From Promethearchaeota archaeon (GTDB lineage: Archaea > Asgardarchaeota > Thorarchaeia > Thorarchaeales > Thorarchaeaceae): DNA of 27,065 bases. The stretch spans positions 1 through 27,065 of the forward strand of contig JALVPN010000181.1 of NCBI GenBank assembly GCA_027031765.1, in the 5' to 3' direction. The translations under genes and the position numbers were made by a program. Shown one piece after another: positions 25,506-27,065 of the stretch (its first letter is position 1; each line of letters opens with the position of its first letter). The notes beneath the pieces were generated by a model. The model saw only the letters and a list, made by a program, of their open reading frames with translations. It had not been told where the DNA came from and did not search any database.

Positions 25506-26587
25506 ATGCAGACTAGAAAGGTACTACTTCTGTTGCTACTTGCAGCAATTGTTTCTGTGACTCTGGTCAGTGGCCACACCGGCCGTACCGGCTAGCCAGA
25601 TGAGAAGACAAGTACAGATGACAGCATGACCCATGATTGGGCGGTCGACCTGCAGCCACAACCTATCAACAGGTTCGGCACCGCTGCTACAAACGACCAC
25701 GTCGACGCACATACGTCCGATGTGTACGCGTTTGCGGTGACCACTGACAGCGCCTGCCGTGCGCCATGTCGACGCACATACGTCCGATGTGTACGGGGAG
25801 GTACAGGACTCTGACAAGATGGCCAACCCAGACAGCAGCTATGATACCATCTTGGAAGAGGCCATAGCCTACACTACGCTTGAGTACTGTACCCATTGGG
25901 AACCGTGGCAAACAAGGGGCCAAATCAGAGGCCAACATTGGGGCCAAGATAACTTTGGACGGGCGGAAAACGGTGGGGTCGAAAGTGACAGCTACGCTGG
26001 TGTGGTTGCAAACCCCGATGGGGGTCCACCATGTGGCGTGCTCATCAGCAAGCAGTACGACGTGTCGATTACTGCGCAGTTGAGGTCCTCCGTATACCTG
26101 CTTGACCGACTGCCCTCGGGTCCTGCAGCTCTCAAGATGTACTTCCGTGACAAGGACGGCACTCCAGTCCTGCCAGGCAGCTGGAATGTCACTTCTGAAA
26201 CCATCACGGTGAATCTCAACGGGCCCACAGTAGGGACACACCTTGTTGTGCATCCGTCTGACCGATATAGCAGGCAATAGTGTCGAGGGCGAGGTCGTGG
26301 TCAAAGTCACGTCGCCTGTCACAGCCACGAAGACTACCACCACTACTTCCACCAATAGCACGGCCAAGGCCACAACAACAGAGAACACAGTGACAACTGG
26401 GTCTACAACACCAACAACACCAACAACACCGAGCACGACCACTACGAGAGAGCAGGGTAGCACTCCTAGCACGCCCGGAGTAGTGGTGCTCATCCGGAAC
26501 GTGCCCGCTGGTGGCTCGTCAGTGGCCACTTCCGACAAGCAATACAGAACAGGTGGTCAGCCATGGAGTGGACGGCCATCACCGTAG
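25506..26587 (+). pseudogene. Decayed, internally deleted paralog of the 18820..23130 surface protein
   Basis: Signal peptide MQTRKVLLLLLLAA, then TAG at 25593-25595. NDHVDAHTSDVYGEV...EYCTHWEPW...GVV.NP.GG..CGVL.S...KMYFRDKDG matches the N-terminus of the intact gene and is fused to SWNVTSETITVNL...GTH / IRLTDIAGNSVEGEVVV, which matches its last Ig domain. Thr-rich linker follows. Frameshifts near 25729-25795 and 26242. Confidence 0.88.
25701..25795 (+). repeat. Exact 28-bp direct repeat flanking a 39-bp insert
   Basis: GTCGACGCACATACGTCCGATGTGTACG at 25701-25728 and 25768-25795. Confidence 0.9.
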
Positions 26588-26914
26588 GAACACCGGCCCG
26601 ACGCCACACGTAGAGACGGAAAGAGAACGCACAGGACAGACAGTCCCGGAGCCGGACGCCACCGTACCTGAAGTCCGTCTGCCAATGGTACCCCTCTGAC
26701 TTGAGTTATAGGCCTCCTGAGGTCGTGACCGCGGCTGACCACTGTAGCCCGAACAGCGTGTGGATTCAAACGATCCCGACTGCGCCCGTCACCTGACAGG
26801 GAACACCCCACGCCGCACTCTGTGCAGTACTGTCCCCCGCAGCCCCCATCACAGCAGGCATCAGCGGCCAAGAAAGACATGGTAGGACGCAACAGTCGAG
26901 GGATGCTGTGCCCG

Positions 26915-27064
26915 TCAGACACCACCACCAAGGCCCATCATTGAGCTGATGGCCTTCCTTGTAAGACGCATGAGCTCAGAGATTTCATGGCTCGCAATGC
27001 GGTAGAGCTTCCGCTTGCCCTCTCGCCGTTCAGCGAGAATCCCAACACGCACGAGCTGCGACAG
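26915..27064 (-). CDS. ArsR/SmtB-family transcriptional regulator, C-terminal part (5' end outside the window)
   Basis: Absent from the ORF track. Manual translation gives LSQLVRVGILAERREGKRKLYRIASHEISELMRLTRKAISSMMGLGGGV*, matching the ArsR recognition-helix and wing pattern (L..L...G+L...REG+...YR+). Confidence 0.75.
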   Translation of the reverse strand: MSQLVRVGILAERREGKRKLYRIASHEISELMRLTRKAISSMMGLGGGV

Positions 27065-27065
27065 G

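Noticed and set aside
25701-25795. Single repeat-spacer-repeat unit (28 bp / 39 bp / 28 bp) as a minimal CRISPR array
   Set aside because: There are only two copies, no cas genes and no AT-rich leader. The repeat is coding sequence (VDAHTSDVY) homologous to VDAHIASVY of the intact paralog.

Overview
Archaeal chromosomal window, GC-rich (roughly 60% by eye). The gene content points to an Asgard archaeon, most likely Thorarchaeota; this is inferred from a profilin-like protein, a TPR-longin fusion, a 24-aa 'DLSPL' LRR protein and Thor-type Ig-repeat surface proteins. In order, the window holds: an IscS/NifS-like gene whose PLP pocket has been extensively substituted, with an upstream HTH regulator and a palindromic operator; two membrane or secreted proteins (one with a TRAP-beta/BatD-like Ig domain); a wHTH gene, a membrane gene and a profilin-like gene; a four-gene BMP-family (nucleoside-type) ABC importer; an alpha/beta hydrolase; an LRR protein; a UMF1/Atg22-like MFS transporter; a decayed histone-deacetylase/AcuC fragment; two tandem LURP-one/scramblase-like genes; a 1436-aa Ig-repeat surface protein; a TPR-longin protein; a multiply lesioned, internally deleted paralog of the surface protein; and the 3' end of an ArsR-family regulator. 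I found no rRNA, tRNA, CRISPR array or transposase. All family assignments come from motif recognition by eye; no database search was run.
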